Assembly (NCBI GenBank): GCA_945863875.1
Contig: CAMBBS010000007.1
Span: 25,259-89,258, forward strand
DNA from: Desulfopila aestuarii DSM 18488
GTDB lineage: Bacteria > Desulfobacterota > Desulfobulbia > Desulfobulbales > Desulfocapsaceae
Length of the DNA: 64,000 bases
Direction of reading: 5' to 3'
Shown: piece after piece, positions 57,146-64,000 of the stretch
How the letters are laid out: each line of letters starts with the position of its first letter
Position numbering within the stretch: position 1 is the first letter of the stretch
The notes under the pieces: generated by a model
The model's database searches: none
The model's input: the letters and a program-made list of their open reading frames with translations, nothing else
Told to the model about the DNA's origin: nothing
Program-made: the position numbers and the translations under genes

Positions 57146-57976
57146 ATGCAATACGGAATGATTATCGACCTTGAACGATGTGTCGGCTGCCACGCCTGCA
57201 CCATCGCCTGCAAAGCAGAATGGGAGGTTCCGGTAGAATTTTATCGCAACTGGGTATTTCGCATGGGTCCCAGTCTCGTTGGCAATGAAATGACATCAAC
57301 CTATTACCCCGGTCTGTGCAACCACTGCACCGAACCGGTCTGTGTACCCGAGTGCCCGGCGGATCCGGTGGACATGACCTTTACCAATTTCAAAACCGGT
57401 GAAACCACCACGATGGAAGTTGCCGCCACCTGGAAAGATCCGTTTGACGGGACGGTGCAGATCGACAAGGACCGCTGTATCGGCTGCGGCGCCTGTGTCG
57501 ATGCCTGCCCCTACAACGCCAGGTATATCAACCCTGCCCTGGTCGATGACGCCTCGGAGGACGGCAAGGCGGATAAATGCACCTACTGCAAACCACGGGT
57601 TGAGGCCGGTTTCGACCCGGCCTGCGTGCAGACCTGTATTACGAACGCGAGAATATTCGGCGACCTCGACGACCCAAACTCCGAGGTCGCCAAATACGTC
57701 ACCAAGGGTGCCAGGGGCATCGAACCCAAGGGTGGTCAACTTGGTCCGAACAGCAGGTACTATGGCAAGAAAAAGGATATGACCCTGCTCTTTAACAGCC
57801 ATACCCCGGAACTCGCCGATTTAGCTCAGGTCAGAAGAAGGGCCATGCTCGCTTCCATGGTGAAACCGGCCATGAAAAAGATTAAAAACCTCGGCCTTCT
57901 CGGCATCGTCGGCGCCCTTATGGCCAAAGAGCTCCTCGAGCAAGAGGATAGAAATAAAGCGGAACCATTAAGCTGA
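57146..57976 (+). CDS. four-cluster [4Fe-4S] electron-transfer subunit (PsrB/DmsB/FdnH-like) with a short hydrophobic C-terminal helix
   Basis: 'CVGCHACTIAC', 'CNHCTEPVCVPEC', 'CIGCGACVDAC' and 'CTYC...CVQTC'. C-terminal 'KKIKNLGLLGIVGALMAKELL'. Confidence 0.85.
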   Translation: MQYGMIIDLERCVGCHACTIACKAEWEVPVEFYRNWVFRMGPSLVGNEMTSTYYPGLCNHCTEPVCVPECPADPVDMTFTNFKTGETTTMEVAATWKDPFDGTVQIDKDRCIGCGACVDACPYNARYINPALVDDASEDGKADKCTYCKPRVEAGFDPACVQTCITNARIFGDLDDPNSEVAKYVTKGARGIEPKGGQLGPNSRYYGKKKDMTLLFNSHTPELADLAQVRRRAMLASMVKPAMKKIKNLGLLGIVGALMAKELLEQEDRNKAEPLS

Positions 57977-58004
57977 TCTCCTTTTTTTAGATCAGATAGT
58001 GCTG

Positions 58005-58043
58005 AGCGCGATAATCTCCTGTTTGATTATCGCGCTTTTTTTT
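58005..58043 (+). terminator. rho-independent terminator after the FeS subunit gene
   Basis: AGCGCGATAATC-tcctgttt-GATTATCGCGCT followed by T8. Confidence 0.85.
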
Positions 58044-58146
58044 GTATTATCATCGACACAAACTATTTTTCCTGCGCAACATCTGCCCATTCCGGCAGAA
58101 GTTTCCTGCTTTTTTATACGGCAAATCTCGACAAAAGGATTTCTCA

Positions 58147-59832
58147 ATGAGTACAGACGACAAGAAGATCATCTATTCGATGATTAAAGTAAGCAAATAT
58201 TATGATAATAAACCGATCTTAAAAGACATTTCCCTCTCTTATTTCTACGGCGCCAAAATAGGCGTCCTTGGGCTGAACGGCTCGGGCAAGAGTACTCTTT
58301 TAAGAATCCTTGCCGGTATCGATAAGGATTTTAACGGCGAAACCCACCTCGCCCCAGGACACCGGGTTGATTATCTGCCGCAGGAACCGGAACTTGATGC
58401 GGAAAAAACCGTGAAACAGATTGTCGAGGAAGGGGTGCAGGAAACAGTCGACCTTCTCAACGAATTCAACGAAATCAATGAGAAATTTGCCGAACCGATG
58501 TCCGATGATGAAATGCAGGCCCTCATCGACAGGCAGGCCAGCGTTCAGGACAAACTCGATGCTCTCTCGGCCTGGGATCTCGACAGTCGCCTGGAAATGG
58601 CCATGGATGCCCTGCGCTGCCCGCCATCGGACACCAAATGCGGCATTCTCTCCGGCGGTGAAAAACGGCGGGTCGCCTTATGCAGAATCCTCCTGAAACA
58701 GCCGGAAATTTTGCTCCTCGACGAACCGACCAACCATCTTGACGCCGAATCCGTCGCCTGGCTCGAACAGCATCTGCAGGCGTATGCCGGCACGGTTATC
58801 GCCGTAACCCATGACCGGTATTTCCTCGACAATGTCGCCGGCTGGATCCTTGAACTTGACCGGGGCCTGGGTATCCCCTGGAAGGGCAACTATTCTTCCT
58901 GGCTGGAGCAGAAAGAGAAGCGGCTGGCCATGGAAGAAAAAAAGGAGAGCGAGCGGCAGCGGACCCTGCGCCGGGAACTTGAATGGATAAAGATGAGTCC
59001 GAAGGGACGGCGCAGTAAGTCAAAGGCGCGCATCAGCTCCTATGAGCAACTGCTGTCTACGGAGACGGAAAAGCTGGCAAGAGAGCTGGAGATTTTCATT
59101 CCACCCGGACCACGTTTGGGCAAGGTGGTCATTGAGGCGGAAAATGTCAGTAAAAGCTTTAACGATCGTCTGCTCGTGGAAAACATGAATTTCAGCCTGC
59201 CGCCCGGTGGGATCGTCGGGGTTATCGGTCCGAACGGTGCCGGGAAAAGTACCCTGTTCAAAATGATCATCGGCCAGGAGACCCCGGACTCCGGCGCCAT
59301 TCGCGTCGGAGATACGGTAAAGCTCGCCTATGTCGACCAAAGCCGTGATCAACTCGATCCGGAGCAGACTATCTGGCAGGCGATTTCCGGTGGGCAGGAC
59401 ACCGTCTGGCTCGGTACGAAAGAGGTGAACAGCCGTGCCTATGTCGGCAAATTCAATTTTTCGGGAACCGACCAGCAGAAAAAGGTCGGCCTGCTCTCCG
59501 GCGGGCAGCGAAATCGCGTACACCTCGCCAAAACCCTCAAGGAAGGCGGCAATGTCCTGCTTCTTGATGAACCGACAAACGATCTGGACGTGAACACCCT
59601 GCGGGCACTGGAAGAAGCCCTGGAAAACTTTGGCGGCTGTGCGGTGGTAATCAGCCATGACAGATGGTTTTTAGACAGAATTGCCACCCATATCCTGGCC
59701 TTTGAAGGGAATTCACAGACTGTCTGGTTTGAAGGGAATTATTCGGACTATGAAAAGGATCGCAAAAGCCGCCTCGGTGCAGCAGCGGATCAACCGCACC
59801 GGTTAAAATACCGCAGTTTGACCAGAGTATAA
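58147..59832 (+). CDS. ettA: energy-dependent translational throttle protein EttA (ABC-F ATPase)
   Basis: Start moved to '[19 protein letters not shown]'. Two ABC cassettes: '[12 protein letters not shown]'...'[13 protein letters not shown]', and '[11 protein letters not shown]'...'[13 protein letters not shown]'. Confidence 0.92.
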   Translation: MSTDDKKIIYSMIKVSKYYDNKPILKDISLSYFYGAKIGVLGLNGSGKSTLLRILAGIDKDFNGETHLAPGHRVDYLPQEPELDAEKTVKQIVEEGVQETVDLLNEFNEINEKFAEPMSDDEMQALIDRQASVQDKLDALSAWDLDSRLEMAMDALRCPPSDTKCGILSGGEKRRVALCRILLKQPEILLLDEPTNHLDAESVAWLEQHLQAYAGTVIAVTHDRYFLDNVAGWILELDRGLGIPWKGNYSSWLEQKEKRLAMEEKKESERQRTLRRELEWIKMSPKGRRSKSKARISSYEQLLSTETEKLARELEIFIPPGPRLGKVVIEAENVSKSFNDRLLVENMNFSLPPGGIVGVIGPNGAGKSTLFKMIIGQETPDSGAIRVGDTVKLAYVDQSRDQLDPEQTIWQAISGGQDTVWLGTKEVNSRAYVGKFNFSGTDQQKKVGLLSGGQRNRVHLAKTLKEGGNVLLLDEPTNDLDVNTLRALEEALENFGGCAVVISHDRWFLDRIATHILAFEGNSQTVWFEGNYSDYEKDRKSRLGAAADQPHRLKYRSLTRV

Positions 59833-59853
59833 CCGCAGGCCGCCTGCTCTACT

Positions 59854-59892
59854 CCAGTTCTTTTCAGCATTGCCCCGGCTGAAAAGAACTGG
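59854..59892. terminator. bidirectional hairpin terminator between ettA (+) and the Hpt gene (-)
   Basis: CCAGTTCTTTTCAGC-attgccccg-GCTGAAAAGAACTGG: 15-bp perfect stem. Confidence 0.75.
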
Positions 59893-59902
59893 AACTGGAA
59901 AA

Positions 59903-60226
59903 TCAGAGGGTTTTGAGCTCAACGAGCAAGGCCTGCAACTCCTCAATTTTTGTACGGGCAGCATCCAGGCCCCCGGCACGACTATCTTCCTCAACCTGCA
60001 GAGCAATCTCATGTATGCCGACTATGCCGAGGCTGGCGGCGGCACCTTTTATTGAATGTGCCGCCGCACTGATTTTCGCTGCGGAACCTTCAGCTAAGCC
60101 CTGCTGAATACGCTGGACATCCGACTGCAAGGAATCCTTGAAGATTTCCAGCAACTCCTTTAATAATTCGGCATCATCGGCCGCCTGTTCCAAGGCAAAT
60201 TCTTTATTCCATTTCAGTGCATTCAT
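59903..60226 (-). CDS. stand-alone Hpt (histidine phosphotransfer) domain protein
   Basis: 107 aa, 'AAAHSIKGAAASLG'. Confidence 0.8.
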   Translation of the reverse strand: MNALKWNKEFALEQAADDAELLKELLEIFKDSLQSDVQRIQQGLAEGSAAKISAAAHSIKGAAASLGIVGIHEIALQVEEDSRAGGLDAARTKIEELQALLVELKTL

Positions 60227-60365
60227 ATTGCAATCCTATCTATTTTACCCAAAAAGGCGGAACCGGAATTTCCATCAAGTTCTTATTCCTGCCGTAAATA
60301 CAGCGTAAATGCAGCAGATGTGATCATCATACAATGCCCCACAGGTATAAATCAATGGTGGCACA

Positions 60366-60995
60366 TCAAATAATTTTTCCCCCGCCAATTTCTTTCGACA
60401 AATCTATCTGCCCATGGCGAACAAGGCTCAGCTGCCCCTTTTGCAGACCGAGGATCGTCGAACACAATTCCGCTTCAGTTGCCCCGCCATCGATAATGTA
60501 ATCAATCGATTCCCCAAACATTTTTACTATTTCCGGGGCAGATCGAGCCGGGGGAAAACCGGAAATATTGGCACTGGTCGCGGTAATCGGCTTGCCCATC
60601 CGCTTGACCAGTTCCTGCGCTATCGGGTGAGGTGAGATTCGAATGCCGACGGTGCCGGTGTTTCCGGTAATCCGCCGACTAAGGGAAGGCAGGGCCGGAA
60701 AAATCAGCGTCAGAGGTCCCGGCCAATATTTTTCTATCAAAGGCCAATACAGCCGGGGAACATTTTGCACGACTGACGCAAGCTGCTCCTTTTTTTCTAT
60801 CAGCAGCAGCAAAGGGTTCTCTGCCGCCCTTTTTTTCAGCGAAAATAATCTTTCTACAGCCAAGGCACAGTCGGGGTCAACCGCCAGGCCGTAACAGGTC
60901 TCGGTCGGAAAAGCGACGATCCCTCCCCGCCGCAGAGAGCTTACCGCAACATCCAGGGAGGTTCCCACCATGGGACGGCTTTTTTGTTCAGACAT
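60366..60995 (-). CDS. tsaC: L-threonylcarbamoyladenylate synthase (TsaC/YrdC family)
   Basis: 'GGIVAFPTETCYGLAVDP', 'PLLLLI', 'WPGPLTLI' and 'ITATSANISG'. Overlaps the purD-purE stop by 8 nt. Confidence 0.88.
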   Translation of the reverse strand: MSEQKSRPMVGTSLDVAVSSLRRGGIVAFPTETCYGLAVDPDCALAVERLFSLKKRAAENPLLLLIEKKEQLASVVQNVPRLYWPLIEKYWPGPLTLIFPALPSLSRRITGNTGTVGIRISPHPIAQELVKRMGKPITATSANISGFPPARSAPEIVKMFGESIDYIIDGGATEAELCSTILGLQKGQLSLVRHGQIDLSKEIGGGKII

Positions 60996-62763
60996 TTATG
61001 TTTTTGTTTTTTTCTTCAACTTCCATGACCATATCCTGACGAAACGTAATAAGTTTTTTGCCAAGATCCGGCCGCGTCAAGGCGAGAATTCTTACTGCCA
61101 GCACGGCGGCATTTTTGGCCCCCGCCTTGCCGATTCCCATGGTTGCCACCGGAATCCCCGGGGGCATCTGCACTGTCGACAGCAGGGCGTCCAGACCACC
61201 AAGAGAAGAGGCGTCCAAAGGAACGCCGATAACCGGCAGATCCGTATGGGAAGCAAGGACTCCAGCCAGGTGGGCGGCCATGCCGGCACCGGCAATAATG
61301 ACCTTCAGCCCTCTCTGCTGTGCATTTTTTGCATACGCAACGGCTTTCTCCGGAGTGCGATGCGCAGAGGCAACACTCATTTCACAGCAGACGTCCATCG
61401 CTTTCAGAAAATCGGCAGCGGCTTTCATCACCGGCAGATCAGAATCGCTGCCCATGACAATGCCGACGACCGGTTCCTGCGCGGTAATCGAATTACGTCG
61501 CAGGGCCTTCTCGCCTATATCCCTTCGACAATAACAGTCGGTCCATTTTATTTCATCGACGGCGCTATAGGCCCTGGCGATCGCATCCTTCAAGGTCTTG
61601 CCGACGGCAGTGACACCCAGGACGCGCCCGCCATTGGTTACTATCCGACCGCCTTTTCTTGCGGTACCGGCATGAAACACCTCGACACCTGGACATTCGG
61701 AGGCCTTTGTCAATCCTTTGATAACCTTGCCATTTTCATATGGTCCCGGATATCCGCCCGAGGCCATAACGACGCAGACAGTCGGTCGTGGATCGATTTT
61801 CATCTCAACCCGATCCAATTTCCCGTCAATCACCGCTTCAAAGATATCGATGATATCGCTTTTAAGCCGCATCAACAGCGGCTGCGCTTCAGGATCACCA
61901 AAACGGCAATTAAATTCCAGCACGTTAATGGTCTCTCCATCAATCATCAACCCGGCATAGAGCATTCCCCTATACGGTCGCCCCTCGGCCTCGAGTCCTC
62001 TGATAGTCGGCAGCATGACCTTGTTCATGACAAAGTCGGCTATTTCATCGGTGACCACCGGGGCCGGAGAATATGCACCCATTCCCCCGGTATTCGGCCC
62101 CTCATCTCTGTCAAATACAGCTTTGTGATCCTGTGATGTAGGCAGAGGCAATACGGTCTTGCCATCGGTAAAGGCAATAAAAGAGGCCTCCTCTCCTTTC
62201 AGGCAGGATTCAATGATGATCTTGTCGCCGGCACTGCCGAAAGCCTTGTCGGCCATAATGAGATCGACCGCCTGTTTCGCCTCGTCTACAGTTTGCGCAA
62301 CTATCACCCCTTTTCCCGCCGCAAGGCCGTCTGCTTTCACCACAATCGGTGCCCCCTGGGAGTCGATGTATTGTTTTGCTTTCTCTCTGTTATCAAACAC
62401 CTCAAACGATGCGGTGGGAATACTATATTTTTTCAAAAATTCTTTGGAAAAGACCTTGCTGCCTTCGAGTTCCGCAGCCTTCATGGAAGGGCCGAAGATC
62501 CTCAGTCCCTCAATTTCAAAGGCATCGACAATGCCGGCTACCAGTGAGGACTCCGGGCCAACCACCGTTAAATCGATTTTTTCTTTCTTGGCAAACTTGA
62601 CTAATTTTTTAACATCGGTCACCGCAATATCCACGCAATCGGCTATTCGGCTTATACCTGCATTGCCTGGGGCGCAGTATATTTTTTCTGTTTTTTTACT
62701 TTGCTTAATTTTCCATACAAGCGCATGTTCCCGCCCACCTGAACCAACAACAAGAATTTTCAT
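60988..62763 (-). CDS. purD-purE: fusion protein: phosphoribosylamine-glycine ligase (PurD) + N5-CAIR mutase-type PurE
   Basis: The N-terminal roughly 425 aa, 'MKILVVGSGGREHALVWKI...', form an ATP-grasp domain. The C-terminal roughly 160 aa are 'VVGIVMGSDSDLPVMK...SVASAHRTPEKA...VIIAGAGMAAHLAGVLA...PVIGVP'. Confidence 0.88.
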   Translation of the reverse strand: MKILVVGSGGREHALVWKIKQSKKTEKIYCAPGNAGISRIADCVDIAVTDVKKLVKFAKKEKIDLTVVGPESSLVAGIVDAFEIEGLRIFGPSMKAAELEGSKVFSKEFLKKYSIPTASFEVFDNREKAKQYIDSQGAPIVVKADGLAAGKGVIVAQTVDEAKQAVDLIMADKAFGSAGDKIIIESCLKGEEASFIAFTDGKTVLPLPTSQDHKAVFDRDEGPNTGGMGAYSPAPVVTDEIADFVMNKVMLPTIRGLEAEGRPYRGMLYAGLMIDGETINVLEFNCRFGDPEAQPLLMRLKSDIIDIFEAVIDGKLDRVEMKIDPRPTVCVVMASGGYPGPYENGKVIKGLTKASECPGVEVFHAGTARKGGRIVTNGGRVLGVTAVGKTLKDAIARAYSAVDEIKWTDCYCRRDIGEKALRRNSITAQEPVVGIVMGSDSDLPVMKAAADFLKAMDVCCEMSVASAHRTPEKAVAYAKNAQQRGLKVIIAGAGMAAHLAGVLASHTDLPVIGVPLDASSLGGLDALLSTVQMPPGIPVATMGIGKAGAKNAAVLAVRILALTRPDLGKKLITFRQDMVMEVEEKNKNINV

Positions 62764-62884
62764 AGGCTACTCCAGTCAGTTTTGTATTGTACTCTCTTTT
62801 AACACGTCTTTGCACAACGAGAAAATAGGCCGTTCATCCCTGTCTTTTCGATTGATCGTTGACAAAAGGGATGCTAAATATTAC

Positions 62885-62904
62885 ATGAATGAATAGCCAT
62901 TCAT
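62885..62904. promoter_or_regulatory. inverted repeat ATGAATG-N6-CATTCAT, candidate TetR operator
   Basis: 7-bp perfect arms, 47 nt upstream of the TetR-family gene and just downstream of a TTGACA hexamer at about 62860. Confidence 0.35.
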
Positions 62905-62950
62905 AAATTTTTTTCAGTATTTTGTTACTTTCGATCTTTCTATTTTTGCA

Positions 62951-63553
62951 ATGAAAGCAGAAAATAAACATTCAAAAATCATTTCGGCGGCAACGAAAGT
63001 CTTTGCAAAAAAAGGATTTTTCACTGCCAGGATATCCGATATTGCCAAAGAAGCCAAGGTTGCTGATGGGACAATTTATCTCTACTTCAACAACAAATAC
63101 GATATCCTGCTCTCCGTATTTGAAGAAGAAGTAGGTAAAATTGTCGAAAAAACCGATAAACTCCTCAGCAGTGAAGAAGATCCGAAGAAAATGCTGGAAA
63201 TTTTTACCATCCAGCACCTCATGGCCATGAAAAAAAACAAGAATCTTGCTGAAGTGATTCAGATCGAGCTGCGACAGACAAACAAGGTCATCAAAGATTA
63301 CCGCAACAATAAATTCAGCGAATATACCGGCATCATAGCAAATATTATCAAAAAAGGGCAAGAAACCGGCATCTACAAAGCCGATATTAAAGCGGATATT
63401 GCCAAAAGAGCCTATTTTGGGGCATTGGACGAGGTCTCACGGGTCTGGAATGCATCTCTTGAAACGCATTACACCGTAGAAGAAATTGCCGATCAGCTCC
63501 TGACCATGTTTTTGACAGGTATTCTGCACAAACCTGCCGAAAACACGCCATGA
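62951..63553 (+). CDS. TetR/AcrR-family transcriptional regulator
   Basis: 'IISAATKVFAKKGFFTARISDIAKEAKVADGTIYLYFNNKYDIL'. Confidence 0.88.
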   Translation: MKAENKHSKIISAATKVFAKKGFFTARISDIAKEAKVADGTIYLYFNNKYDILLSVFEEEVGKIVEKTDKLLSSEEDPKKMLEIFTIQHLMAMKKNKNLAEVIQIELRQTNKVIKDYRNNKFSEYTGIIANIIKKGQETGIYKADIKADIAKRAYFGALDEVSRVWNASLETHYTVEEIADQLLTMFLTGILHKPAENTP

Positions 63554-63585
63554 GGACACGGCCCAAGTAACCACTCCGTCCGCCC

Positions 63586-64000
63586 TTAAGAAAAAGAAGA
63601 GGGGTTGATGGCCATCACTTCAAATTCTCTTGTTCCACCCGGGGTAACGGCCAGGACTTCATCCCCCACTTCCTTACCGAGCATACTTCGCCCGAGCGGC
63701 GAGAGAACCGAGATTGAACCTTTTTTGACATCGGCCTCCTCCGGTCCCAGCAGCTGATAGGTAATCTCCTCGTCCGTATCAAGATCAAGCAGCTGGACGA
63801 CGGTTCCGAAAACAATACTTTTCGTGCTGACCTGCAGGCAATCGATTACTTCCGCCCGTGATAATTTGTCTTTGAGCTCAATGATGCGCCCTTCAATGTG
63901 GCCTTGTCGGTCTTTTGCCGCATGATATTCCGCATTTTCCTTCAGATCACCATGCTCCCTGGCGACCTCAATGGCCTTCACCACCACACCCCGTTCAACT
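63586..64000 (-). CDS. greA: transcription elongation factor GreA (N-terminus beyond window edge)
   Basis: 'AIEVAREHGDLKENAEYHAAKDRQGHIEGRIIELKDKLSRAEVID' and C-terminal 'ISVLSPLGRSMLGKEVGDEV'. The frame stays open to base 64000. Confidence 0.88.
   Translation of the reverse strand, partial: VERGVVVKAIEVAREHGDLKENAEYHAAKDRQGHIEGRIIELKDKLSRAEVIDCLQVSTKSIVFGTVVQLLDLDTDEEITYQLLGPEEADVKKGSISVLSPLGRSMLGKEVGDEVLAVTPGGTREFEVMAINPSSFS

Noticed and set aside
60970-62896. 388-aa and 245-aa plus-strand ORFs (60970..62136, 62159..62896)
   Set aside because: These are antisense shadows of the purD-purE gene. They are Arg/Ser/Pro-rich nonsense with no domain signatures.
1-64000. CRISPR arrays, tRNA/rRNA genes, prophage, integrase, toxin-antitoxin, restriction-modification, retron or DGR modules
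   Set aside because: I saw no regularly spaced direct repeats, no cloverleaf-sized conserved RNAs in the intergenic regions, and no ORFs with reverse-transcriptase, integrase, methyltransferase or defence-type ATPase motifs. This rests on visual inspection only, so small RNAs could be missed.

Overview
This looks like a 64-kb chromosomal window from a Desulfobacterota (deltaproteobacterial, Desulfobulbales-like) genome. The lineage is inferred only from gene content: sigma-54 enhancer-binding regulators, multihaem cytochromes, MJ0042-type zinc ribbons, molybdopterin oxidoreductases and about 50% GC. All calls come from reading the sequence and the supplied ORF track, with no database search. 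About 60 genes are dense on both strands and mostly housekeeping: purM, a purD-purE fusion, folA, cobO, moaB, an EF-G paralog, murJ, a dus-family gene, tolQRAB-cpoB, tlyA, ppaC, ettA, tsaC, greA, mgtE, an HtrA-type protease and an NfeD/SPFH pair. I found no rRNA, tRNA or CRISPR array. Five things stand out. (1) At 47649-49283, two ORFs are in the same frame and are separated only by a TGA directly after 'EPCG', with a hairpin 11 nt downstream. This is a candidate selenocysteine protein: signal peptide, degenerate metallophosphatase-like domain and tetrahaem cytochrome c. (2) At 36370-42048 lies a self-contained ACP-dependent lipid cluster: KAS, ACP, two CrtI/phytoene-desaturase-like flavoproteins, FabG and a FabZ-like dehydratase. 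It has a 22-bp perfect palindrome in an internal spacer and sits where ybgC normally precedes tolQ. (3) Relics of both OMEGA/IS200-IS605 lineages are present. One is an IscB-like gene that has lost its RuvC-I, HNH and part of its C-terminal blocks but keeps a highly structured upstream region resembling an omega RNA (21199-22262). The other is a tnpA fragment, a deleted tnpB and an end hairpin (6449-7356). (4) A three-gene sensor module at 8711-11298 has decayed in the same way, by internal block deletions with start codons kept. (5) A TorD-like chaperone, a Psr/Phs-like molybdopterin subunit and a 4-cluster FeS subunit form an operon with no NrfD/PsrC-type membrane subunit (54302-57976). I did not find an obvious defence island, prophage, retron or DGR. 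The selenoprotein candidate and the flavoprotein-containing lipid cluster are my best guesses for something new.
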